A stretch of DNA of 64,000 nt, from contig NC_043003.1 of the NCBI RefSeq assembly GCF_006345805.1, forward strand, positions 60,512,001-60,576,000. The letters run 5' to 3'. Source of the stretch: Octopus sinensis. Its lineage: Eukaryota. Shown in pieces: positions 63,421-64,000 of this stretch (within the stretch, counting starts at the first letter, position 1; the number at the start of each line of letters is the position of its first letter). Under the pieces are notes generated by a model. That model searched no databases, was not told the DNA's origin, and was given only the letters and a program-made list of their open reading frames with translations. A program made the position numbers and the translations under genes.

Positions 63421-64000
63421 GGATGTTGTTGTTGTTGCTGTTGTTGTTTAATCCCAGGTCAGCCACGACTCCTCTAGATTCATCATCAAAGATATTCTCC
63501 CCAAGGCAACCGCCTCGTTTCAGTCCATCTTGAAATAAATTATACAATGTATCATTCTTCGCTTTTTAAGCCGTCAGGACGCAGTTTGAGGAAGATTTGA
63601 CTGCCATTGCCTGCATTGTCACCACAGAGAATTCTTTATTGACTTATCGTTCATGTTGTTGCTGTCTTTGCCATTGCTGCTGGTGTTGTTGCTGCTGCTG
63701 TTGTTGTTGTTGTTGTCACTGCTGCTGCTGTTATCGGTTGCTATGCAACCCTGATCAGCCCTGGTTGAACAGATCTATGGATCCATGGATTCAACGCTCC
63801 AGATATTCCTCTATATACGCTACAGGCGCTAGTGACTCACTCGTCTTACCTCTTCCTGTCATTCATATGGATTTCCTACAACCACAGTTGTAATCCCAAC
63901 CGCTATCATCGCAGCTCCCGCACGAACCATTGGCCCCAGTCATTTCTTTCCACTTTCTGGAGACTGGCTTTATCTTCCTCCTTTCCCATCCTCCTCTCTC

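Noticed and set aside
62686-63547. ORFs of 194-214 aa (acidic, His-rich, Ile-rich)
   Set aside because: They are translations of stop-free trinucleotide repeats.

Overview
This is AT-rich, microsatellite-saturated animal DNA. The repeat complement (tRNA-head SINE families, RTE/R4/Tx1 LINEs, Penelope pieces, mariner/pogo) points to a coleoid cephalopod, most likely Octopus; that assignment is inference from pattern recognition, not a search. I found no credible host protein-coding exon. Almost all ORFs in the track are translations of microsatellites or SINEs, so the window looks like intergenic or giant-intron DNA. Supported content: (1) an internally deleted AcademX-type DNA transposon with about 0.85-kb TIRs and a TAC target duplication (1703-5946); (2) a 5'-truncated Tx1-clade LINE embedded in (GATA)n (9202-11533); (3) a Dong/R4 LINE with an open 666-aa RT-zinc knuckle-RLE frame embedded in (TAA)n (29292-31797); (4) a second R4-like family, with one copy carrying nested pogo and SINE insertions and one short copy embedded in (CATA)n; (5) a Penelope-like GIY-YIG fragment whose pseudo-LTR holds a type I hammerhead ribozyme motif (32551-32636); (6) non-autonomous Helitrons, including a head-to-tail dimer; (7) decayed mariner and RTE fragments; (8) more than 30 SINE copies or fragments; (9) several fold-back palindromes and two pre-miRNA-like hairpins. 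The most notable leads are that one SINE family's 3' tail is homologous to the Tx1 3' end (36/47 ungapped, a probable SINE-LINE partnership), and that three LINE lineages each sit in a different microsatellite class. SINE and decayed-fragment boundaries are approximate.
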